Source: a virus (taxonomy: Duplodnaviria > Heunggongvirae > Uroviricota > Caudoviricetes). From it: a stretch of DNA of 42,612 nt. Each line of letters starts with the position of its first letter. The first letter of the stretch is position 1. Positions 18,040-25,824 of the stretch are shown here, piece by piece. The translations under genes and the position numbers were made by a program. The notes below the pieces were generated by a model. The model was not told the origin of the DNA, did not search any database, and was given only the letters and a program-made list of their open reading frames with translations. Location of the stretch: IMG/VR virus record IMGVR_UViG_3300034691_000069. One strand, written 5' to 3'.

Positions 18040-18206
18040 TGGTAGCTGTTGATGGTGTCGAACCACCAAGTTAGGACTATTTCATAAGTCTCAGAGTACG
18101 TGCGGCCTCGTCTGACTTACTATTTCATCTTCACTCTGCCTCCACATCCACGGTCTTTGATGTTTGCACGTATAACACCGCCAACCGATCCAGTTTAGCA
18201 ACAGCC
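18040..18206 (-). ncRNA. 167-nt tRNA/tmRNA-like structured RNA ending in CCA
   Basis: 7-bp acceptor GGCTGTT/AACAGCT + A + CCA; T-arm GGTGG-TTCGACA-CCATC; stemless 14-nt D-loop with GG; about 110-nt insert in place of the anticodon arm. Confidence 0.75.
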
Positions 18207-18220
18207 AGAAATCTTAAATT

Positions 18221-18305
18221 TGGTGCCCAAGGTCGGACTCGAACCGACACTCCTTTCGGAAGCGGATTTTGAATCCGCCGCGTCTACCAATTTCACCACA
18301 TGGGC
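18221..18305 (-). tRNA. tRNA-Leu(CAA), CCA encoded
   Basis: GCGGA-TT-CAA-AA-TCCGC anticodon arm; long variable arm; one U-U mismatch at 6:67. Confidence 0.95.
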
Positions 18306-18328
18306 GTATGTGTTTCTCTACTCTTTAT

Positions 18329-18367
18329 GCGTTGCAGTGTATCAAGGTTTAGACAAGACTGCAACGC
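18329..18367 (-). promoter_or_regulatory. promoter TTGCAG-17-TACACT embedded in a 10-bp inverted repeat
   Basis: GCGTTGCAGT / ACTGCAACGC arms, 19-nt spacer, just upstream of tRNA-Leu(CAA). Confidence 0.65.
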
Positions 18368-18391
18368 TTTTTTCTACATTTTCAATAAAAT

Positions 18392-18586
18392 TTATTCCAT
18401 CAAATCTTTTGCAGCCGACTTATAGCCACGGTTCCATGCATATTGCAGCATAGCGTCCAAAGACTTCAACTGATCATCAGTCCAACCCACGGTAGACGGC
18501 AATCTAGCGTTCACAACATCCAGACGCTTATTTTCAGCAGCATCTTCCATAATTTCTTTAACATCATCGTGAATGTAACCAGCCAT
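18392..18586 (-). CDS. hypothetical protein
   Basis: GAGGTG SD before MAGY. Confidence 0.7.
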   Translation of the reverse strand: MAGYIHDDVKEIMEDAAENKRLDVVNARLPSTVGWTDDQLKSLDAMLQYAWNRGYKSAAKDLME

Positions 18587-18660
18587 ACACACCTCAAATT
18601 AAATGGTTGTAGAAGATTATACAATCCCAGTATCATAGCAAAAAACAAAGAAGAAAACAA

Positions 18661-18999
18661 TCAACTTCTGTCTGGGTAATACTCGAAAGAGAAACCTTTA
18701 TCGACCAGATGACGCATAAGATCAAGCGGATGACAATGCTTAGTCACTTCAATTAAGTAAGCACTGATCGCCCGGTCAAATTGCTCAAATGCCAACCTGT
18801 CTTTATCAGGGCATTCATGCCACTGGGTGCCGAAAATGGAAACGATTTCAATCGGACCATCGGAATCAATAGTTGCATTTTTAATGCGAATTTTCTTGAT
18901 AATGTTGGTATCAAGCACTTTGGCTGTGATGTTGTAAATATCATCGTTGTCAACATTAGAAACGATGGAGGCATAAGCTTTTTCAGTGGTGACTGTCAT
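18661..18999 (-). CDS. hypothetical protein (112 aa)
   Basis: GAGGT SD. Confidence 0.8.
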   Translation of the reverse strand: MTVTTEKAYASIVSNVDNDDIYNITAKVLDTNIIKKIRIKNATIDSDGPIEIVSIFGTQWHECPDKDRLAFEQFDRAISAYLIEVTKHCHPLDLMRHLVDKGFSFEYYPDRS

Positions 19000-19125
19000 T
19001 AGAATGACCTCAAAATGGATAAAGCGATTATAGCAGAATTAAAAGGTTCAAACAACCCAACTACTGAAAATTTGTTTAACAAAAAAAGACCGTATAACGG
19101 CCTTTTAGTTGGTTTTAAGGTTTTC

Positions 19126-19404
19126 TTACATCGGGCCGAAAGGGCTTTTTTGAGTGCCGTTCAAGCTGCGAGCTTCTTCTGGCGGTTCGTAGTCATAAGC
19201 AGCCTGAATGCATTCACGCGGAGTGCCACATTTCAGGTTGCGGACACATTTACCTGCATTGCCTTCGCTGGCATCGCCACGGTATTCATCAAGACCTGTG
19301 TAGCTGTTACGGCTTTGAGCTGCAAGATAGTAGCCGGAGCCAGCCAAGTTTTTGTTAACTTCGTTGAGTTCAGCGTAAAGGTCTTTGCGAGTATAACGGG
19401 ACAT
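19126..19404 (-). CDS. hypothetical protein (92 aa)
   Basis: GAGG SD; own promoter and terminator. Confidence 0.8.
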   Translation of the reverse strand: MSRYTRKDLYAELNEVNKNLAGSGYYLAAQSRNSYTGLDEYRGDASEGNAGKCVRNLKCGTPRECIQAAYDYEPPEEARSLNGTQKSPFGPM

Positions 19405-19479
19405 GGTAGAGCCTCACTGGGTTAGTGTGGTAATTATACCTAGGGTTGCCAATGAAAACAACATTTTTCGATAGTTTTT

Positions 19480-19740
19480 TTACTTAAAAATCAAAAAGTC
19501 CAAAGCATGTGGATGATTGGACAGGTAAACAAAGGCGAAAAAGCCAAACGGAACAAGGGAAAAACCGACAATAAACAAACGAAGCCCCCATATAAAGCCT
19601 TTAGCCAAATAATCTTCCTTGTTCTCTTCTGCTTCTGGCCGCATAACTTTTACACCAAGATTATGGACAACAATCAGAAGGACAACGAACAAAACACACC
19701 CTGTAAGACCAGCCACATCACCTATGGTTATCTGATACAT
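19480..19740 (-). CDS. membrane protein (2 TM)
   Basis: Two hydrophobic segments. Confidence 0.7.
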   Translation of the reverse strand: MYQITIGDVAGLTGCVLFVVLLIVVHNLGVKVMRPEAEENKEDYLAKGFIWGLRLFIVGFSLVPFGFFAFVYLSNHPHALDFLIFK

Positions 19741-19763
19741 ATTTTTAAACCACAGTTAAAAGA

Positions 19764-20268
19764 TTAAAGACCAAGACTGGTCAGAATGAATTGTTCACGG
19801 TTTTGCAGGAATTCGTGTTGTGGAACTTTACCAAAGACGGCTTCACGTCCACCCGCTTTTATTTTTTCAATCCGAGCTTGAAGGCTGCGAATTTGAGCTT
19901 CCAAGGAAGCAATTTCTTTGTCATCGTCTTCTTTGGCTTTTGCAAAAGCTTCGGCAATTTTCTTTTTGAAAAAGGAAACTACCCGATCATGGTCATGAAC
20001 GAAGTGATAAAGATGATTATCAATAGTGTAGGTGTAATTTCGGCAACTGCCATCTTTTTGGTTAAAGATAAACCGATCATTATGTGCATCATAATTCATG
20101 GGTTTTGTCACATCATATTTAGTGACCGAAAAGTGCTCAGCAGTCGCACTGGTGACTGTTTTTAAAAAAACTGTTTTCAAATTGAGAGAAATGGATGGAA
20201 TTATTCCACAAAGACAGTTCAGAAAGGTCAATTACCTTATCACCAACATTGTATCTGAATTCTGACAT
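19764..20268 (-). pseudogene. gene split by a +1 frameshift at a T7A5 run (slippage, phase variation or sequencing error)
   Basis: The SD-led frame MSEFRYNVGDKV... stops after 43 aa; removing one T at 20164-20170 joins it to the 19764-20231 frame to give 167 aa. Confidence 0.7.
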
Positions 20269-20375
20269 GTCCACTCTCCCATTTGTTTAGATACTTATTA
20301 TACAGCAAAACAAAGGTTTTATCAAATAAAAGACAAAAAAAAGCAGGCCGAAGCCCACTTTTTTAAACGGTTGAA

Positions 20376-20591
20376 TCAAGAAAGAAAACCACGATCTCGA
20401 AGCTGTGAAGCAATTTCAGCGTGAGCATAAGAGGTTTGCTCATCCATGTCATTACCAGCCAGAGCAGCGTGCTCGATGATATCGCCATCGAGTGATTCAA
20501 AGAGATTGTTCAACTCATCTTCTGTAATAAGAGAAACACCATGACTAGCCAGAACCAAAGCTACGTCATCAACGCTGATGCCAAATGCCAT
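20376..20591 (-). CDS. hypothetical acidic protein
   Basis: GGGAG SD region; exact start uncertain. Confidence 0.7.
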   Translation of the reverse strand: MAFGISVDDVALVLASHGVSLITEDELNNLFESLDGDIIEHAALAGNDMDEQTSYAHAEIASQLRDRGFLS

Positions 20592-20666
20592 ACCCATAAT
20601 TATCGCTCCCATTATTAAATATTGAAGCCATTATAACAGACATTAATCATTTGGTCTAGAAAAACT

Positions 20667-20891
20667 TCATTTTGATCGACGGTAATTTTTCCCATAAGGC
20701 TTGTCAAACTGCTGATAATAAAGACGGTTTTCAGCCTTAATTACAATCGGTTCAACGTAATCCACAAAACCCAGATGATCGACAACAAAATCACCATTTA
20801 CAACAGGGATGTTGGACAAAAGACGAATAACCCGACCAAAGCCTACACGACCACTCGCCCCGCCCACAATAATAATGTCTTTACCATACAT
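20667..20891 (-). CDS. hypothetical protein, tandem paralog of 20912-21130
   Basis: C-terminal DKPYGKNYR. Confidence 0.75.
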   Translation of the reverse strand: MYGKDIIIVGGASGRVGFGRVIRLLSNIPVVNGDFVVDHLGFVDYVEPIVIKAENRLYYQQFDKPYGKNYRRSK

Positions 20892-20911
20892 GAAATAAGT
20901 TCCCCTACTGA

Positions 20912-21130
20912 TTAATTAGATTTGCCAAGAAACGAGTTGCGGTATTTTTTACCGTAGGGTTTATCATTACGTTCATAGCGAACACCCTTATCGTTCTTAA
21001 ATTCAGCCAGCAAGTCACTGGAAATTAAAACAAGGGGCGTCAACCGAGATACAAAAATGCCGACACCGGAGCGACCATTGCTCAAACCATGAACGATGAT
21101 GTTATGACCGTAACTACGTTGAGTTGTCAT
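20912..21130 (-). CDS. hypothetical protein, tandem paralog of 20667-20891
   Basis: C-terminal DKPYGKKYR. Confidence 0.75.
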   Translation of the reverse strand: MTTQRSYGHNIIVHGLSNGRSGVGIFVSRLTPLVLISSDLLAEFKNDKGVRYERNDKPYGKKYRNSFLGKSN

Positions 21131-21252
21131 GATAACTACACTCTTGTTAAGAATGTTGATTATACCTGAATAACAGCAAGTTTTCAATCAAATCAACAAA
21201 AAACCCCTAATGACCGAAATCAAAAGGGGCGGTTAATTGTTGCTAAGCAGGC

Positions 21253-21750
21253 TTAGGAGTCTGTTTCACGGGTTGAATCGTAGAACATATGACTTCCGAT
21301 AGAGTTTACATGCGTCATGTTCTTAGACCAACTAGGGGCTTCGATAGACGTGTTAAAGAAATGGTCGGCACCTTTGGCGTAATCTGGATATTTTTTATCC
21401 AACAAGCCTTGGGCGATAACTTTCAACTTGTCATTTTTGATTTGCTTTGGCTTTCCGTTAAGAAGCTCACAGACATATGAAAACTGACAAATGATCTTGT
21501 TTTTGACAATCACTTTTTTATCGACAACTGCGACAATCGTATCACCAGCCCGAGCAGTTCGGTTAAGAACCACCTGACCAACAGCAATGATACCTTCTTT
21601 GGTTTCACCCCGAGCTTCAAAGTAAAGAACCTCGGCCAACTTCAAGCATTCATCATTCGAGTCGCAACGGCTAACAGCCTCTTTTTCAGCAGCGAAAACA
21701 GTAGAGGCACTAAGGGCCAGTAGAATGGTAAGGTTTTTCAAAAGCATCAT
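21253..21750 (-). CDS. SleB/Hydrolase_2 family cell-wall hydrolase with signal peptide
   Basis: LAEVLYFEARGE...AVGQVVLNR...CQFSY...IGSHMFY motifs. Confidence 0.9.
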   Translation of the reverse strand: MMLLKNLTILLALSASTVFAAEKEAVSRCDSNDECLKLAEVLYFEARGETKEGIIAVGQVVLNRTARAGDTIVAVVDKKVIVKNKIICQFSYVCELLNGKPKQIKNDKLKVIAQGLLDKKYPDYAKGADHFFNTSIEAPSWSKNMTHVNSIGSHMFYDSTRETDS

Positions 21751-21858
21751 AACTTACTATCTCCTTCAAAGTGTCGATATTATAATGCTATCGATCTTGA
21801 AGGTCAACCCAAGATAAAGAACGAAAACACATATAAAACTATGTTTTAATAACCAAAA

Positions 21859-22485
21859 TTACGGCTTAAAGTAACCCAATTGGAAAGAATCACGAATGCC
21901 TGAAAATGAGACGCAACCCACATCAAGAAAGTCACCTTGAAAATGAGCGTCAAACAATTCATCTGCACAACATCCCCCGATTTCACCACCAACCAGAATA
22001 GGCTTTTCAGTTCCCCAAGCCTTGATGATCTCGAAAGCTGCACTGGTCATAGGAGGCCAACAGAGAATAAGAACGTCCATTTGGTCATAATATTGACGAA
22101 CAGCGTCTAAACCTGACATGTTTACTACTTCAAGGTCATTCAGTGACCAAGAATTGTCATCGGTTGCCAAAACAGAAACACCGGCTTGGTTCAAATGATG
22201 AGCCAAACGCCCACGACCGGCCATGACTTCAAGGCAGCGGTTACCTTTTAGAAGGTCGGCAAGATTTTCAACCAGTGTTTTAGTAATGAGGGCATAAATA
22301 CCAGCTTTTTGGCATTCATGATGAAAGAAAGAGTTTTGATGAAAGCAGTAGCTGAAATTATCATCCATAATGTGATGGTCAACAATTGTCAAATCGACAA
22401 GTTTGTTTGCCTTGATCGCTTCCAAGTAATCAATATAAGGTTGGTGAACAAGTTTCAATACGCTATCATCAAACATTGTCATCAT
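21859..22485 (-). CDS. class I SAM-dependent methyltransferase-like protein
   Basis: LEVMAGRG motif I, VLATDD and LILCWP strands. Confidence 0.65.
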   Translation of the reverse strand: MMTMFDDSVLKLVHQPYIDYLEAIKANKLVDLTIVDHHIMDDNFSYCFHQNSFFHHECQKAGIYALITKTLVENLADLLKGNRCLEVMAGRGRLAHHLNQAGVSVLATDDNSWSLNDLEVVNMSGLDAVRQYYDQMDVLILCWPPMTSAAFEIIKAWGTEKPILVGGEIGGCCADELFDAHFQGDFLDVGCVSFSGIRDSFQLGYFKP

Positions 22486-22528
22486 ACCTAGTAATTTCAA
22501 TGATCCATTATAGCATAATTGAAACAAA

Positions 22529-22557
22529 AAAAAACCTAAATTTCGCAATATAGGCTT
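22529..22557 (-). terminator. terminator, 1 mismatch from 23377-23405
   Basis: AAAAAACCTAAATTTCGCAATATAGGCTT. Confidence 0.75.
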
Positions 22558-22576
22558 CTTAATCATTACCAATTTT

Positions 22577-22801
22577 TTAATACAAATTGCTTATTTTATC
22601 AATCAGATTAATTTTTTGTTCGGCTGACAGAGTGTCGTCGTCCATAATGATATTCTTCAATGTCAGAAAGGTAGGAGATGGCTTCACACTCTTTCGTGCA
22701 GGTGGAGCAGCAGAGGCAGCAGGTCGAGCCATTGGAATATGGTTATTATCACCATTTCTTTTAAACATTTCTGGCATGGGTTGTGGGGCTTTTGCTGTCA
22801 T
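22577..22801 (-). CDS. hypothetical Pro/Ala-rich protein (74 aa)
   Basis: GCGGAG SD; operonic with 22823. Confidence 0.7.
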   Translation of the reverse strand: MTAKAPQPMPEMFKRNGDNNHIPMARPAASAAPPARKSVKPSPTFLTLKNIIMDDDTLSAEQKINLIDKISNLY

Positions 22802-22822
22802 AAGAATGTCTCCGCTTTTTTC

Positions 22823-23305
22823 TTATTTGTTGTTTGCGACAAATTCATTTTTTTCACGATACAGCCCATTATCTTTCAAATAATGAGTCGCAATCTCCAC
22901 CACTTGGCTCAATGTGATGATTTTAGCATTAAAGTCAATGCGTGTATACCAATCAGAAGAACAAGAATGATGACATTCAGACATGGCAGACTTAACAATG
23001 TTCGCAATAGCCGCTACATATCGTTTTTTCAAAAACGGAACAACAAGGCCAACATAAAAGCGAACTGTTCTGTCAAATTCTTCTGCATAAAACTTATTGT
23101 CATGAGTCAAGACATCAGAATTAGACCAAGATGACTGAAAATGATTGGACACTTCATAAACATAAGCCAACCGGCCATCTTTATCAATTTCTGCATAAGT
23201 CTCCGACCCGCCACAACCTTTATATTTTGAAAAAATATGAGTTGCGAACGCCATGAATGCTTTATTGATAGCAATTTGATTAGTGTTGACCCAATACTTT
23301 TTCAT
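22823..23305 (-). CDS. hypothetical protein (160 aa)
   Basis: Start MKKY; own promoter. Confidence 0.75.
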   Translation of the reverse strand: MKKYWVNTNQIAINKAFMAFATHIFSKYKGCGGSETYAEIDKDGRLAYVYEVSNHFQSSWSNSDVLTHDNKFYAEEFDRTVRFYVGLVVPFLKKRYVAAIANIVKSAMSECHHSCSSDWYTRIDFNAKIITLSQVVEIATHYLKDNGLYREKNEFVANNK

Positions 23306-23425
23306 GATAAAAGTCTCTGTAATTGAATAGCTATTATACAACAAAAAGGATGCAAATACTATATTCCTTTTAAATAAAAAAACCTAAATTTCGCAATTTA
23401 GGCTTGTTTGTTATACCGCTGAGAC

Positions 23426-23545
23426 TTAACGTTTTACTGGGGCTTTATCGTTTCGAGCAAAGAACAGGTGGTATCCGATGTAAGCTGGAAAGATGAATGG
23501 AAGGCAAGTTGCTGAAACAACCAGTGAAACAAGTTCATTTTTCAT
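23426..23545 (-). CDS. 39-aa single-TM peptide MKNELVSLVVSATCLPFIFPAYIGYHLFFARNDKAPVKR
   Basis: Translated by hand; GAGGA SD; terminator downstream. Confidence 0.7.
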   Translation of the reverse strand: MKNELVSLVVSATCLPFIFPAYIGYHLFFARNDKAPVKR

Positions 23546-23612
23546 GATTTGAATCCTCTTGGGTTATATTCATAGTTTACACAACAACCAACTTACATAC
23601 AATTACCGCCTG

Positions 23613-23876
23613 TCAGCGAAATAGTTTTTTCAGGCTGCGATTGATATTGTTATTCAACTTCTTGTCCAGCTCACGGAAAGACTGACGAACTTGTTTTTTA
23701 GGCAGGTTCTCGTAGTAACGAACTTTCGATTTTGCCTGACTGCTGGTCGAACGATACATAGGGGAAGAAACATCCCAACCACGACTGCCATTGTATTTAA
23801 TCCGAACCGGGTCACTAGCAGCCGAAGCCAAGGTAGTAAACAAGCAAAGAACAATGGCGATAATGAATTTGTTCAT
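23613..23876 (-). CDS. secreted basic protein (87 aa)
   Basis: AAGGGG SD; signal peptide ending in ASA. Confidence 0.75.
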   Translation of the reverse strand: MNKFIIAIVLCLFTTLASAASDPVRIKYNGSRGWDVSSPMYRSTSSQAKSKVRYYENLPKKQVRQSFRELDKKLNNNINRSLKKLFR

Positions 23877-23939
23877 GATAAACCCCTTTTCTTTTGATGG
23901 GATAATTATACCAAAAAACAGGATTTTAGGCAAGCCTTT

Positions 23940-24428
23940 TTAATCGGGATAGGTATAGCTTGTATCTTTTTTCTTGACGCTCCAATGCTTATTCGTAAAC
24001 GCCAAGAAATGACCAACCAAAAAAATAAAGGCAAAAGCAGTGACCAGACATTGAAGCAATCCCACTATGGAGTAAAAGTTGTAAGCACCCGTTTGCAATT
24101 TATGGCTACGCTTAAACAGATAAACGTCCCCGGCTTTCGCATGGAAATGGGTTCTCTCAGCAATCTCAATGGTTTTATTTGCCTTTATATCTGGAAAATA
24201 AAAAGTGGCGTAGTAGCGATATTCAACCTTTTGCTTATATTTGTGAGGGTAAGCCACAGGGTCATGAGCAACCAACGTCGCCGGAACTTCTGTGTTATAC
24301 CATGACAAGAAAGAGTAACCAATGGGAGAAGTTACAACGAAGATAACCAGTAGAGACATGAACAAAACGTTCTGCCTGAACATGGTACTCAGTTCAGTGA
24401 AATAGGATTTCCAAAATGTTTTCTTCAT
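23940..24428 (-). CDS. membrane protein (2 TM, 162 aa)
   Basis: GAGGT SD; N- and C-terminal TM segments. Confidence 0.75.
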   Translation of the reverse strand: MKKTFWKSYFTELSTMFRQNVLFMSLLVIFVVTSPIGYSFLSWYNTEVPATLVAHDPVAYPHKYKQKVEYRYYATFYFPDIKANKTIEIAERTHFHAKAGDVYLFKRSHKLQTGAYNFYSIVGLLQCLVTAFAFIFLVGHFLAFTNKHWSVKKKDTSYTYPD

Positions 24429-24521
24429 GAGAACAACCTCTTAATATAGGTCATTATTATAACAAAAAAAGAAACAAAAAGAAAGGGCCGAAGCCCTTAT
24501 CTAAGTGATTAATAAGAATGT

Positions 24522-24911
24522 TTAGCTCTTTTTACTCATCATGTCTCTCAAAAGCTTTTTCCGGCGAGATTTGTGTTCATCGAACTTATTACCATGAAGA
24601 CGATGAAAACCATACAGTTTTTTCTGTTTGGGTGTCGCTAGCTTGGCTTCAACAATCTGACGGAGAGCATCCACTTCCAACATAGAGAGTTCACGGACGT
24701 TCAGGATGTTCATATTGTAATCAAACATTTCACGCGGGCAGGAATAGGCTTTGCCATCCACTTCAAACCAGCATTCATTACCTTGAAGAAACCAACCATT
24801 AACATTAAGTTTTGGTTCGATTTCAGTGTATGGACCCATACGAACTGTATCGGCAAACCCACGTTTTTTTGGGTTCATCCAACCGTCAAGTTCCAAACAT
24901 TTAATAGTCAT
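24522..24911 (-). CDS. hypothetical protein (129 aa)
   Basis: ORF followed by a UUCG terminator. Confidence 0.75.
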   Translation of the reverse strand: MTIKCLELDGWMNPKKRGFADTVRMGPYTEIEPKLNVNGWFLQGNECWFEVDGKAYSCPREMFDYNMNILNVRELSMLEVDALRQIVEAKLATPKQKKLYGFHRLHGNKFDEHKSRRKKLLRDMMSKKS

Positions 24912-24944
24912 TAGGGTAATCTCTGTCTCTTGGGTAGGGAGTAA

Positions 24945-25319
24945 TTATACCATACGCTGATATGAGACACCAACACCATTTTTTCGCCAAAAAGACTTGC
25001 TGTGAACAGTGCCGGAAAGTGTTCTGACATTTTTGTCCATATGTGGTTTAATGACTTCGGAACCAATGCCTTTACGGCGGTAAGCGGCCCGAACAAAGCA
25101 TTGAACTACTTTGTGATATTTTAGGGCGATAGCAATGGGTTTATCACCATCATAAGCAAGGCTGATTTCAACCTCAATAGGGTCGGTATAGCCATTAACA
25201 ACTGAGTTCAAATCACAAATAAGATTCCAACCCGGAATGCACAAGCGATGCGTTTTCGCAATCTGGCAAAATTCGATGATTTGTGCTTTGCCTGCAGCCG
25301 TCTTGTAAATAATGCTCAT
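24945..25319 (-). CDS. GNAT-family acetyltransferase-like protein
   Basis: Acetyl-CoA motif A: FVRAAYRRKGIGS. Confidence 0.65.
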   Translation of the reverse strand: MSIIYKTAAGKAQIIEFCQIAKTHRLCIPGWNLICDLNSVVNGYTDPIEVEISLAYDGDKPIAIALKYHKVVQCFVRAAYRRKGIGSEVIKPHMDKNVRTLSGTVHSKSFWRKNGVGVSYQRMV

Positions 25320-25445
25320 GATAATGACCTTTCTTCGTCTTTATGATGGGGTTATTATAGCAAAAAAAGTATAGAAAAACAAGGTTATTCCAATAAAATT
25401 AAAACAAAAAGCACCTTAATGTGCTCGTGTAAAAAATTCTAATTA

Positions 25446-25694
25446 TCAAACCGTTGCGGTGGAAAATTGCTTCCAATACGCAAGGCATGAAGCAACAAAC
25501 TCCATGCGTTCAACACACATGTCAAGAGTGGCAGCCAGCATCAGTTGACCATCTTTGTCAACAATATTAGCAAACATAAAAAAGTTGGTTGGATTATGCA
25601 GTGGAGCCTTGCAAATGATATCTTTTATAGATGCTCCAACATAACGTTCGGCAAATTTCAGGTCTTCTTCGCTGAATGTGTTAGAAAGTTGCAT
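25446..25694 (-). CDS. hypothetical protein (82 aa)
   Basis: AAGGAG SD; divergent from the NUDIX gene. Confidence 0.75.
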   Translation of the reverse strand: MQLSNTFSEEDLKFAERYVGASIKDIICKAPLHNPTNFFMFANIVDKDGQLMLAATLDMCVERMEFVASCLAYWKQFSTATV

Positions 25695-25824
25695 GATCTT
25701 AACTCCTTCGTTAATGTGCCTTTATTTTATCAAAAAAGAGATTATTCCGCAATCATTTTTTTATCAAATAATCCATTTAATATTCAATGATTATGTGTTA
25801 ACATTGCAAGAAATGGAGACTATT

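Noticed and set aside
18070-18100. Group I intron in the 167-nt RNA (CUCUGAGACU...AUAGUCC resembles the P7 R/S elements)
   Set aside because: The insert is only about 110 nt, with no room for P3-P6, P8 or P9 and no terminal G or anticodon exon; explained as a local hairpin, though an intron relic is not fully excluded
18040-18206. Calling the element a standard tRNA or ssrA
   Set aside because: No definable anticodon loop, no G3-U70 pair and no pk1, so no gene symbol was assigned
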